Sequence record: MH595538.1
DNA: 64,000 nucleotides
Strand: one strand, 5' to 3'
The notes below the pieces were generated by a model that was not told the DNA's origin, searched no databases, and was given only the letters and a program-made list of their open reading frames with translations. How positions within the stretch are numbered: position 1 is the first letter of the stretch; each line of letters starts with the position of its first letter. Positions 40,086 to 49,507 of this stretch are shown here, in pieces. The translations under genes and the position numbers were made by a program.

Positions 40086-41921
40086 ATGTATGATAATCTC
40101 ATCACTCGCCTACTGCTTAAATCAGACGGCGGAGAAACATTGTTGCCTTGGTTATTAACTGCCGGTAACACGATCACACAAGAGCGCATCTTGCCTTGGG
40201 ATCAAACAAATGCTTATGCTGAAAATGAACTGGTTATTAACCCGTCTGACAATCACGTTTACCATGCTAATGCCGCTATCGTTGCCAATACCGCATGGAA
40301 CGCTGCAGACTGGACACAGGTCGATACTCACGTAGGTTACGTTCAGCCTTATGATGAAAACCGTCAATATGAACCTGATGATCTTGTTCACTTCAATGAC
40401 AAACTGTTCGTAAGTAACAAAGCAACTACTGGCACGTTTGTTGTTGCGGACTGGGTTGAACTATCTAATGACGGACAGATGCAAGACATCTTCGTTTACG
40501 ATGACGACTCGGAAACAGGTACACGCAATGTTACCGACATCTATTTTGTAACTGCTGTTCCTGCTCCGTATGTACACATCCTTTACGATACAATCGTAGG
40601 TGTCGGTTCATCTTTAATGTCATCTATCGTGAAACTCAACAGTGTTTGGATTGATGCCGATGACAGCCCATTCCCATTCCGTGGTGTTGATATCCTAGGT
40701 CAAGCAAACCCTGGCGTCACACTACAGAATGTAAAAGACCGCATCGCGGATGACATCGCTCTAGCCAACGGCAATACGCTATTCATAGTCATGGCAGGTA
40801 CTAGTGACTGTAACACTTATCTAGCACCAGGCGGCATTGATGATAGCGACACAGGCGATATTCTGTCATGGGAATCAATGACTACCGAACAGAAAACGAC
40901 TGCTGAAGGTTTAATGCGTGACATCGTCACTGCGCTACAGCCTCATGGCGACGTAGCTATCGCATCAATCCCTTATGTGGATCCACGTAGTGCTTTGTCC
41001 ATTATGGCCGATAAAGGCCGTAACTTGCATGCAGGTTCATGGAATGACAATCTAGTTAGTCCGCTATGTGAAGAACTAACACCTAACTGGTATGATGCAG
41101 GTAACGGAGCTCCCGTATTCGACTTCTACTCTGTAGGCTATGCAGACCCATCTATTCTAGATGACGATAACCTGCACTACTATATGGATTACGATTACGA
41201 CGCGACTGAGATCGGCTATGCCGATGGCGACGGTACGTTCTCAATGCGTGAATACATGATCAAGCGACTTGCTGATATGGGTAACATTCCTGCTGCTCCG
41301 TTCGATACTGATAAGTATGAGAACCGTATCATTATCAACCTGGCTGATGATCCTACGTATACGCAGCGTCCAGCGATCCGTCGCAAGGCAAACAACATTG
41401 CTGTAGACAAAGACGCAGGCAACCAAGAAAACCTCACTGTGGGTTTCCTAGAAGGCGGTACGGTACCTGCTGGCTTAGCATTGGCTATCGAGTTCACTAG
41501 CCCTGGCGTTATTCGCCGAGGCATTACTGCCGATTCGATGCACTATGATGAAGGCATTCGTGATCCGAATATCCTAAATACCAGCATTAACATTATCAAC
41601 AGTCGCACAATGACGATCAAGATTGCTAATGCAGGTAAAGGCCGTATTCAGATGGCTGGCCTATATCAGTCTACTGCTGAAAACGGAATGGAGACCGAAG
41701 TCACTTTCACTGATGACAATGGCGCTAAAACCATTACGTACAAGAACACACTAGACAACTCTGGCAGCTACACAGTAGAAGACTACTTTGGTGAAGCAGA
41801 GTATGACGTGCGTGTTGCTGGCGAGCTGGTATTGTCGTTTAACGGCATTGGCACCGATAATGCTTCTGACGACAGCAAATATTCTGGTGTTTCTGGCATC
41901 CTATTGGACATCGAAAAATAA
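40086..41921 (+). CDS. CBM5/12-like repeats plus SGNH/GDSL hydrolase plus C-terminal beta-sandwich; putative virion appendage
   Basis: Two W-terminated repeats; SGNH blocks I (VGVGSSL), II (GQANPG), III (AGTSD), V (DDNLH). Confidence 0.65.
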   Translation: MYDNLITRLLLKSDGGETLLPWLLTAGNTITQERILPWDQTNAYAENELVINPSDNHVYHANAAIVANTAWNAADWTQVDTHVGYVQPYDENRQYEPDDLVHFNDKLFVSNKATTGTFVVADWVELSNDGQMQDIFVYDDDSETGTRNVTDIYFVTAVPAPYVHILYDTIVGVGSSLMSSIVKLNSVWIDADDSPFPFRGVDILGQANPGVTLQNVKDRIADDIALANGNTLFIVMAGTSDCNTYLAPGGIDDSDTGDILSWESMTTEQKTTAEGLMRDIVTALQPHGDVAIASIPYVDPRSALSIMADKGRNLHAGSWNDNLVSPLCEELTPNWYDAGNGAPVFDFYSVGYADPSILDDDNLHYYMDYDYDATEIGYADGDGTFSMREYMIKRLADMGNIPAAPFDTDKYENRIIINLADDPTYTQRPAIRRKANNIAVDKDAGNQENLTVGFLEGGTVPAGLALAIEFTSPGVIRRGITADSMHYDEGIRDPNILNTSINIINSRTMTIKIANAGKGRIQMAGLYQSTAENGMETEVTFTDDNGAKTITYKNTLDNSGSYTVEDYFGEAEYDVRVAGELVLSFNGIGTDNASDDSKYSGVSGILLDIEK

Positions 41922-41925
41922 TACC

Positions 41926-41953
41926 TATACCTGGGGCAATTGCCCCAGGTATA
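41926..41953. terminator. Bidirectional hairpin (GGGCA-NN-TGCCC family)
   Basis: TATACCTGGGGCA-AT-TGCCCCAGGTATA between convergent genes. Confidence 0.75.
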
Positions 41954-41956
41954 TAT

Positions 41957-42691
41957 TTATGTTACTCTGACGATCAAGAAACCTTTCTCATCCACGATCA
42001 TGTCAGTGCCCGGCAAGAACTCCTGGCTGGATGTAAAGACCAGTTCACCATTATCATTAACTGAAAAAGAAGAAGGACTATCTATCGGAACCGATAACTC
42101 TAGCTTACCTTCGGGACTAGATATTACATCAATTGAAAAGATAAGTTCATCAGGATTGATGTACTGAATAACATCAGGAGATGACACATCTGCTCTTAGA
42201 TTGTTATCATTAAGCTCGATAACTACAGCTTCTTCAATCTGTACATATTCTTGATCGCCATCAACTTGCTTATACCAGATCTCAGTAATTAAGTCACCAG
42301 TCTCTAGTTCAATCCAGTCATCCGCATTAAACTCCTGTACAGCCCCTGCGGCGGTTTTAACGTAAATCTTATCCTCTTCTACCACCACATCTTCTTTTGC
42401 GTAACCACGGCTGAATACGGGCTTCGAAACAGTAGCATCAGGAACTGTGATTATTTCAGTATCGCTAGGTTGATGGACAACCGATATTGAACCGTCATCA
42501 TCAAGATAAAGCGTTCCTGTTTTCACTCCTGTTGTAGAGTCTGATATCATCGGTACCAGTTCGCCATGTTCTGTAAACATAGAACTGCGAATAGCAAGAT
42601 AAGAGTCCTTGTCAATTAAGAACAAGTTAGTGGGGATTTTCGTTTCGCTAACCAGGGATATAATCCTGGCAAAAAAGGATGGCTTATCCAT
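41957..42691 (-). CDS. Acidic protein with one CBM-like repeat and C-terminal VDExGxL repeats; putative appendage adaptor
   Basis: Start moved to MDKPS after SD GGAG; repeat GYAKEDVVVEEDKIY...DDWIEL. Confidence 0.6.
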   Translation of the reverse strand: MDKPSFFARIISLVSETKIPTNLFLIDKDSYLAIRSSMFTEHGELVPMISDSTTGVKTGTLYLDDDGSISVVHQPSDTEIITVPDATVSKPVFSRGYAKEDVVVEEDKIYVKTAAGAVQEFNADDWIELETGDLITEIWYKQVDGDQEYVQIEEAVVIELNDNNLRADVSSPDVIQYINPDELIFSIDVISSPEGKLELSVPIDSPSSFSVNDNGELVFTSSQEFLPGTDMIVDEKGFLIVRVT

Positions 42692-42795
42692 AGTTACTCC
42701 TAAGTACATCTTAACATAAGATTTCATCTAACTTAAATATGACAGGGATGATTCATGATGTAGGTAAAACTGCCATTGATCAAAAGAGAACGGAA

Positions 42796-43458
42796 ATGAC
42801 AACCAAATTTATTGCCATCGAAGGCGTTGATTCAGTCGGTAAGGAAACCCAGACAAAACTACTCAAAGAGTGGCTTGGTACTTTCCTTGATTCTAAAAAC
42901 ATACATACTTATAGTTATCCTGATTATTCAAGTAAAACAGGCAAGCTAGTTAGATCTTATCTAAACGGTGAATTCGGAGATGCCGTTACAATGGATCCTC
43001 GTTTATCTGGGGCTCTATATTCCCTAGATCGTGTTAAAGCAAAAGGTGAATTTGATAACCTTATTGGCGCAGGCGATCAGGTCGTGCTACTGGATCGTTA
43101 TGTCCACAGTAATTGTGCTCTGCAAGGCGCTAAAATAGAAGAAGCTGCAGAGCGTGAAGCGTTCTATCGTCACTGTGAATCTCTGGAGTTCTTAGATCTA
43201 GGATTACCTCGTCCAGATATGATTATCTTCCTAGATGCCGACCCAGAAACCGCACAAGAACTCATGAAGAAGCGTACTGGCCAAGATAGAGATCAGCATG
43301 AGTCTAACTTGCCATTCTTAAAAGCAGCGCATCGCAATTACAAAGAGTTAGCCACTGATGATTCATGGGTAACGATTCCTTGTATAGCAGGCGGTGAAAT
43401 GCGCTCTATTGAAGCAATCTCACTGAATATAAGAGCAGCTGTAAAACAACTATTCTAA
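42796..43458 (+). CDS. tmk: Thymidylate (dTMP) kinase
   Basis: FIAIEGVDSVGKETQ P-loop; LYSLDR, LLDRYVHS, PRPD..IFLD motifs. Confidence 0.92.
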   Translation: MTTKFIAIEGVDSVGKETQTKLLKEWLGTFLDSKNIHTYSYPDYSSKTGKLVRSYLNGEFGDAVTMDPRLSGALYSLDRVKAKGEFDNLIGAGDQVVLLDRYVHSNCALQGAKIEEAAEREAFYRHCESLEFLDLGLPRPDMIIFLDADPETAQELMKKRTGQDRDQHESNLPFLKAAHRNYKELATDDSWVTIPCIAGGEMRSIEAISLNIRAAVKQLF

Positions 43459-43534
43459 ATTAGTCTATTGGATAGAAATAGGCAATAACCAATATTATAC
43501 CTAGAGTAAAAATGTCATTAAGAGGAAAGATAAA

Positions 43535-44428
43535 ATGACGCAAACATTAGATGATATTCGAGTACTTAAACGCAATGGTAAATTGGAACCAGTAGACCTG
43601 GATAAGATTCACCGCGTATTACATTGGGCTGCTGAAGGCCTAGCCGGTATCTCAATATCCGACGTCGAATTAAAAGCTCACGTACAGTTCTTTGACGGCA
43701 TCGAGACTAAAGACATCCATGATCTGTTAGTCAAAGCGGCAGCTGAGCTCATTACCGCAGAAGAACCAGACTATCAGTACTTCGCTGCACGCCTAAAGCT
43801 ATTCTCATTGCGCAAAGAAGCATACGGTCAGTTTGAACCACCCAAACTGGTTGACCACATTAAAAACATGATTGACATTGGCAAGTATGACATGGAAATA
43901 CTTGGCATGTATACGCCAGAAGATTTTGAATACTATGAAGGCATCATCAATCACTGGAATGACATGAATTATGCTTACGCAGCCATGGAACAATTCTCTG
44001 GTAAATACTTAGTCAAGAACCGTGATACTGGCCGTATATATGAGACCCCTCAATTTATCAATATCATGGCCCCTTTGACCATGTTTGGTAAATATCCAGA
44101 GCCTCAGCGTCGTGAACTTGTAACGGATTTCTATCAAGCTTTGGTTGACGGTAAGTTATCTCTACCAACACCTATTATGTCAGGTGTGCGAACACCTACT
44201 CGCCAATTCAGCAGCTGTACTCTTATCGATTGTGATGATACTCTAGAGTCTATTATTGCGACCACTGGCGCTATTGTCCGCTATGCGGCTAAGCGAGCAG
44301 GCATTGGTATCAACGCAGGTCGTATTCGCGGTATTGGCTCTCCTATCCGTGATGGAGAAGCAGTATCGACAGGGGAAGTTGGTTTCCTTAAATTGTTTAA
44401 CTCGGCAGTGGGATGCTGCTCACAGGGT
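43535..44428 (+). CDS. nrdA: Ribonucleotide reductase class Ia alpha subunit, exon 1 (298 aa)
   Basis: ATP-cone VLKRNG; PTPIMSGVRT, FSSCTL; ends CSQG. Confidence 0.96.
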
Positions 44429-44882
44429 GAATATTGCCCCGCATAGAGGTAACTCTATGTTGTAAACTCCTTTAATTGCTGGGACTCCCTAAAGCTTGCT
44501 TGCCTCTTTGAGGAGCCGAAAGGCAGAAACAAGTAGCAAGATGGGCTAAGACGATAGTAAGTCTAAGGTCTTGATAATGGGACATCAGCCTTCGCATCAA
44601 GTAATGTGATTCAACGACTATCGAAAGCTTAACCTGAGAAGAAATATCTCGGGGGATGATAAGCTTACCTGTGGGTAAGTGAAGCGAGTAGAGTACGGCC
44701 CAAGCGGGTGGGTTCCCAATCCCTTAAATGGAAACAAGGAGGGTCCTTGATTTGGTAACAGAATCAAGGATCGTGATATAGTCTCGTCAGTCAAACTTAT
44801 CCCTTTCGGTTTGACATTCTATGGAAACATAGAGCTGCAGGTAATGCTGCGGACTGGTCTAGCGAACCAGTTGAAGATTACG
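44429..44882 (+). mobile_element. Group I intron (IA2-like, 454 nt, no ORF) in nrdA
   Basis: Removal restores CSQG|GVRKGSA in frame (762 aa in total); exon-terminal U pairs with GCCC (P1); P2 CATAGAG-GTAA-CTCTATG; R CAACGACTAT and S GATATAGTC; ends in G. Confidence 0.92.
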
Positions 44883-46277
44883 GGTGTAAGAAAGGGATCA
44901 GCAACTACCTTTTTCCCGATATGGCACATCGAAGCCCGTCAATTAATGGAACTTAAAAACAACCGTGGTGTTGAAGAAAACCGTGTTCGTACTATGGACT
45001 ATGGTTTCCAGATTAACCGTTTCTTCTACGAGCGCCTACAGCGTGGTAAGACTATTCGTTTATTCTGTCCTTCAGAAGTTCCTGGGCTATACGAAGCATT
45101 CTTCCAAGATCAAGCTGAGTTTGCAAGACTGTATGAAAAGTATGAAAAGATGCCTCACTTGCGTCATCATGATGTTGCCGCTAAAGATCTATTCGGTACA
45201 TTGATGCAGGAGCGCGCTGGTACAGGCCGTATCTATATACAGCACGTCGACCATACAAACATGTACGGTAATTTCATTGAAGAAGAAGCGCCAACGTTCA
45301 TGTCTAACCTGTGTGTAGAAATCACACTGCCTACTAAGCCACTCAAGTTTGATAACGACCCAGAAGGTGAAATTGCTCTATGTACTTTAGCGGCATTTAA
45401 CCTTGGCGTGATTACACTCGAAGAGTTCCCTCGTTTGGCTGAACTGGTTGTGCGTTTCCTAGATGCGCTATTAGACTATCAAGATTATCCTTCTGAAGCA
45501 GCACGTAATTCATCGATGAAGCGCCGTACTTTAGGGGTTGGCATCATCAACTATGCATACTGGATCGCTAAGAATGGATTTAAGTATTCAGACGGCAGTG
45601 CAAACAACATGACTCACCTTTGGATTGAGAACATGCAGTACAGCCTAATGAAAGCATCAGTTCAGTTGGCAAAAGAGAAAGGTGCTTGTCCTGCGTTCAA
45701 TCAAACTAAGATGGCCAAAGGTATTCTCCCGATTGATAATTACAAGCGTGAAGTCGATGAACTGCATACCCAAGAACTAACTTGCGATTGGGAAGGTCTG
45801 CGTGCCGATATCGCTAAGTATGGTATGCGTAACTCTACTATGTCTGCGTTCATGCCTTCTGAAACATCATCTCAGATTGCTAATGCAACAAACGGCATTG
45901 AGCCACCTAACAAGCTTATGACTCGTAAGGCATCTAAAGACGGTATTCTTTCCCAGGTTGTACCTGACGTCGAGAACTTACGTGACTCTTATGAGCTTCG
46001 TTGGAACATGCCAGACAACATTGGTTATATTCACCTAGTTGGCATTATGCAGAAGTTCGTATGTCAGGCAATATCTGCGAATACGAACTACGATCCTGCT
46101 AAGTTCCCAGGCGGAAAAGTGCCAATGAACGTTATGCTTAAAGAACTCATGACGTGTTATAAATATGGTGTTAAAACTCTGTACTATCATAACACGGAAG
46201 ACGGTAGCAACGACCCAGTAGCTAACGCTATTGAGAAAGAAGACGAAAGCTGCGGCGGTGGTGGCTGTAAGATTTAA
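44883..46277 (+). CDS. nrdA: Ribonucleotide reductase class Ia alpha subunit, exon 2
   Basis: SNLCVEI active site, PSETSSQI, KTLYY, C-terminal CGGGGC. Confidence 0.96.
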   Translation, partial: GVRKGSATTFFPIWHIEARQLMELKNNRGVEENRVRTMDYGFQINRFFYERLQRGKTIRLFCPSEVPGLYEAFFQDQAEFARLYEKYEKMPHLRHHDVAAKDLFGTLMQERAGTGRIYIQHVDHTNMYGNFIEEEAPTFMSNLCVEITLPTKPLKFDNDPEGEIALCTLAAFNLGVITLEEFPRLAELVVRFLDALLDYQDYPSEAARNSSMKRRTLGVGIINYAYWIAKNGFKYSDGSANNMTHLWIENMQYSLMKASVQLAKEKGACPAFNQTKMAKGILPIDNYKREVDELHTQELTCDWEGLRADIAKYGMRNSTMSAFMPSETSSQIANATNGIEPPNKLMTRKASKDGILSQVVPDVENLRDSYELRWNMPDNIGYIHLVGIMQKFVCQAISANTNYDPAKFPGGKVPMNVMLKELMTCYKYGVKTLYYHNTEDGSNDPVANAIEKEDESCGGGGCKI

Positions 46278-46288
46278 TCCGGCACCAT

Positions 46289-46319
46289 AAGGGGAGGTGT
46301 GAATACTTCCCCTTTTTTT
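46289..46319 (+). terminator. Hairpin plus T-run between nrdA and nrdB
   Basis: AAGGGGAGGT...ACTTCCCCTT-TTTTT. Confidence 0.6.
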
Positions 46320-46354
46320 AACTTATTAAAAATTGAATTTATCAGGAGACTAAA

Positions 46355-47059
46355 GTGTCTAAACAGGTTATCTTCAAAGCAGGTCCAACAAACTACCTTA
46401 ATCAACCAATGTTCTTCGGCGACTCTGTATCAACCGCTCGCTATGATCAGCAGACATATCCGTTCTTTGAAAAGCTTATCGAAAAGCAGCTTTCATTCTT
46501 TTGGCGACCTGAAGAAGTAGATGTCTCTGCAGACCGTCGCGATTGGCAAGGACTCTCTAAAGCGGAGAAACATATCTTTATCTCTAATCTTCAGTATCAG
46601 ACACTGCTAGATTCTATCCAAGGCCGTAGCCCCAATATCGCATTCTTGCCAATCACCTCAGTACCTGAAGTAGAGACATGGATTGAAACCTGGTCATTCT
46701 CAGAAACGATTCACTCTCGTTCGTACACGCATATTATGCGTAACATCCTCACAGGTGAAGAAATGGACGAGGTGTTTAATGGCATTACTACCATTCCTGA
46801 AATCATTGCTCGCGCCGAGCGTTTTGGCCGTGCTTACGAAGAACTGATTGAATGCAACAATGCTCTGCTGCAGTCTAAAGTAGACGTACCTAACCGAGCT
46901 GAATTGGAGCGTGAACAAAAACGTAAGTTCCTGCGTGCCCTTGTAACAGTAAACGGTTTAGAAGCTTTAGCATTCTACGTATCATTTGCATGCTCATGGG
47001 CATTTGCCGAACGTTCTATCATGGAAGGTAACGCTAAGATCATTAGACTCATCGCCCGT
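46355..47059 (+). CDS. nrdB: Ribonucleotide reductase class Ia beta subunit, exon 1 (235 aa)
   Basis: GTG start with SD AGGAG; [27 protein letters not shown]; ends IIRLIAR. Confidence 0.96.
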
Positions 47060-48197
47060 TAATATGGCGGCTTCATGGAGTGATCCATGAATGCACACCT
47101 CGTGAAATCAGGGGACTCCGGTAACAGGAAATCCTGAGGTTGCTCTATATCAAATCACCTCCATATAAAACGTTTTGGTTTTATAGCGAGAGGTTTTATA
47201 TGAAATGATTTGTTATGGTGAAATATGGATGGATCATAAAGAAAGACCTGATGATTATATTGTCAGTAATTTTGGCAGGGTCTTTTCCAGAAAAAGTTGT
47301 ATGATGTTAAAGCAGTCACTAACCAAGGCAGGATATCTAACTTATGGGAGTAGGTTAGGATCGGTCCATCGTTTGATTGTGACGCATTATTTAGGACCCA
47401 TTCCCAAAGGAATGGTAGTTAATCATAAAAATGGAATTAAGACAGATAACTGGATTGATAACCTAGAGATAACTACTCATTCTGCTAATACCCAACATGC
47501 TTACGATACGGGTTTAGCCAAAGGGAAAAAGGGCGCTGCTAACTCACAGGCTAAAGTAACAGAAGAAATCATTCTTGATATTTATAAGATGTTCGAAGCT
47601 GGCTTTAGTAACCAAGACATTAGTAAAAGATACGGACTGCATGACCGCTACGTATCTCTCATAAGACATGGAAAAAGATGGAAGTATCTGTATGTAAGAT
47701 ACGGTAAGACTTTCCCACGATCGTATGAATTTGTCTTTCGAAAAGAACAGATTCTTATGGCAAGGGAACTATTACTCAAGGGCCATAACAATTTAACTAT
47801 TGCAATGGCAACCGGAATAGAGAAGTCTAACATATCCAGATTCCGACATGGAAAAATGAATGCTTGGTGTGAGTGGATGGCAATATACGACAGAGCAACC
47901 GCAACGACTATCGAAAGCTTAACTTGAGAAGAAATCTCTCGAGGGATGATAAGCTTACCCGCGGGTAAGTGAAGCGAGTAGAGTACAGCCACAAGCTTAT
48001 GGTGGTCCTGAAAGGGATAGCGGAGAAATCCGTAATGGAAGCGCGAGGGGTCTCTTATCTGGTAACAGGGTAAGAGATCATGATATAGTCTGGCCCGGCC
48101 TTAACGGCCTATCTGTGAATACACAGGTATCCTAGGTAATGCTAGGAGCAGTATATGAAACTATACGGGTGTGTTTTGCGAACACACTGAACATACG
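47060..48197 (+). mobile_element. Group I intron (IA2-like, 1138 nt) with HNH homing endonuclease in nrdB
   Basis: Removal restores IAR|DETLH (iron ligands; 374 aa in total); exon CCGU pairs with GCGG (47067-70); P2 TTCATGGA-GTGA-TCCATGAA; R and S elements; ends in G. Confidence 0.93.
47205..47927 (+). CDS. Intron-encoded HNH homing endonuclease (I-HmuI-like architecture with two HTH-like repeats)
   Basis: VSNFGRV; VHRL...VNHKNGIKTDN..DNLE..T...N..H; 3' end overlaps the intron R element. Confidence 0.92.
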   Translation: MICYGEIWMDHKERPDDYIVSNFGRVFSRKSCMMLKQSLTKAGYLTYGSRLGSVHRLIVTHYLGPIPKGMVVNHKNGIKTDNWIDNLEITTHSANTQHAYDTGLAKGKKGAANSQAKVTEEIILDIYKMFEAGFSNQDISKRYGLHDRYVSLIRHGKRWKYLYVRYGKTFPRSYEFVFRKEQILMARELLLKGHNNLTIAMATGIEKSNISRFRHGKMNAWCEWMAIYDRATATTIESLT

Positions 48198-48617
48198 GAT
48201 GAAACTTTACATTTAGCCGGCACACAGTACATGATCAATGAACTGGCTAAAGGCGCTCAAGGAGCTGAATGGAAAGAGCTCTTTGAAGAAATGCGTGATG
48301 AGCTAGGTGAGATCATGCTAGCTATTGCCATGCAGGAAAAAGAGTGGGGTCGCTACCTGTTTAAAGACGGTACGATGATCGGCCTTAACTCAAACATTAT
48401 AGACCAGCTTATCGAGTACTTCTGTAATATCCGTTGTGCGGCTATTAAACTAGATAAGCCTTTTGCAGAACAGAAAAAGAATCCAATTGGATGGTTTAAC
48501 TCTTGGATTCAATCCGCCGGTGTTCAAGTAGCACCGCAAGAAACAGAGCAGTCTTCTTACCTTGTCGGTCAAGTAGATTCTACTATTGATGAAGACGCTC
48601 TAGACATGGATCTTTAA
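48198..48617 (+). CDS. nrdB: Ribonucleotide reductase beta subunit, exon 2
   Basis: DETLH, QEKEWGRYLF, QVAPQETEQSSY. Confidence 0.95.
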   Translation, partial: DETLHLAGTQYMINELAKGAQGAEWKELFEEMRDELGEIMLAIAMQEKEWGRYLFKDGTMIGLNSNIIDQLIEYFCNIRCAAIKLDKPFAEQKKNPIGWFNSWIQSAGVQVAPQETEQSSYLVGQVDSTIDEDALDMDL

Positions 48618-48638
48618 CCGCACATAAGTGCACAACCC

Positions 48639-48665
48639 GAGTAGCTTTGTTAGACAGAGCTACTC
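48639..48665 (+). terminator. Hairpin
   Basis: GAGTAGCTTTGT-TAG-ACAGAGCTACTC. Confidence 0.6.
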
Positions 48666-48687
48666 AACTATTCTTTAGGAGAATATT

Positions 48688-49425
48688 ATGAAATACGAAC
48701 CAATCTATGTAACCCCGTTAGTCGCTTTATTCTTTCGCCAACTCGTAGACCAGAAGTCTAATTTTAAGGCATATGCCCATGTTGAAGAAAATACTTATCT
48801 TTCTTTCACAATCTCTGACATGGAATGGAGAAATGGTCCCCGATGTTATCTGGCGGATAAGTTTGTCAAAGTCCATATGAAAAATTCCTCTGTTAATGAA
48901 CTTCAACATGCCGAAGATAAGCTCTTAGGGAAAGGTTATTGCAACGGACCTATTATCGATGATATTTATGAATCCAATGTTATTCCTGCTCTTAAAACAG
49001 ATGTTGAAGGAAGATATTATCTTGACTCTCCATGTATAAAAGGGTCCCTCACCGATCTTTCATTTAAGTTTCTTAACGATCGCTCATCCGAAGTTGATGC
49101 TGCATGGGCGAGTAAGTTTTCTCCGCTAGTGGAAGCGATGGCCAAAGCTGACATCAATGATCTGGTCATGTCTACAGTCTATTATCGCATAGACATACAT
49201 GGAAACATTGAGATATGCGCTGGATTAAAAGATCTTATTCCAGTACATCGTTATGACTGGGCCTTAAATCGATTTGTCGTCTATGAACATCCGCGGGCTG
49301 CTCAGGCAACTAAGTACCATATTCCCAGTCAGAACTTAAACTTCATTCTAGGCAAAGGGCCGGATGGCGAACGAGATATAAGTACGAAATGGTACTTTGA
49401 CAAGTTTGACCGCATCGAGGATTAA
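48688..49425 (+). CDS. Hypothetical protein
   Basis: 245-aa ORF, SD AGGAG. Confidence 0.8.
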   Translation: MKYEPIYVTPLVALFFRQLVDQKSNFKAYAHVEENTYLSFTISDMEWRNGPRCYLADKFVKVHMKNSSVNELQHAEDKLLGKGYCNGPIIDDIYESNVIPALKTDVEGRYYLDSPCIKGSLTDLSFKFLNDRSSEVDAAWASKFSPLVEAMAKADINDLVMSTVYYRIDIHGNIEICAGLKDLIPVHRYDWALNRFVVYEHPRAAQATKYHIPSQNLNFILGKGPDGERDISTKWYFDKFDRIED

Positions 49426-49437
49426 AAAAATAGATAC

Positions 49438-49460
49438 TGCACCGGCTTTTTGCCGGTGCA
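49438..49460 (+). terminator. Hairpin
   Basis: TGCACCGGC-TTTTT-GCCGGTGCA. Confidence 0.65.
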
Positions 49461-49507
49461 TGTTATTTTATTGAATCTGATGACTATAAAAACCCAAGGA
49501 GTTGATT

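Noticed and set aside
44811-44882. N-terminus MTFYGNIELQVMLRTGLANQLKIT of the called 488-aa ORF, and nrdA as two separate genes
   Set aside because: This is intron sequence read in frame; splicing yields a single 762-aa NrdA.
48171-48197. Start MFCEHTEHT of the called 148-aa ORF
   Set aside because: It is the intron 3' end; the real exon begins at GAT (48198).
43535-48617. Inteins in nrdA or nrdB
   Set aside because: The insertions contain in-frame stops and group I RNA elements, with no C/S...HN intein ends.
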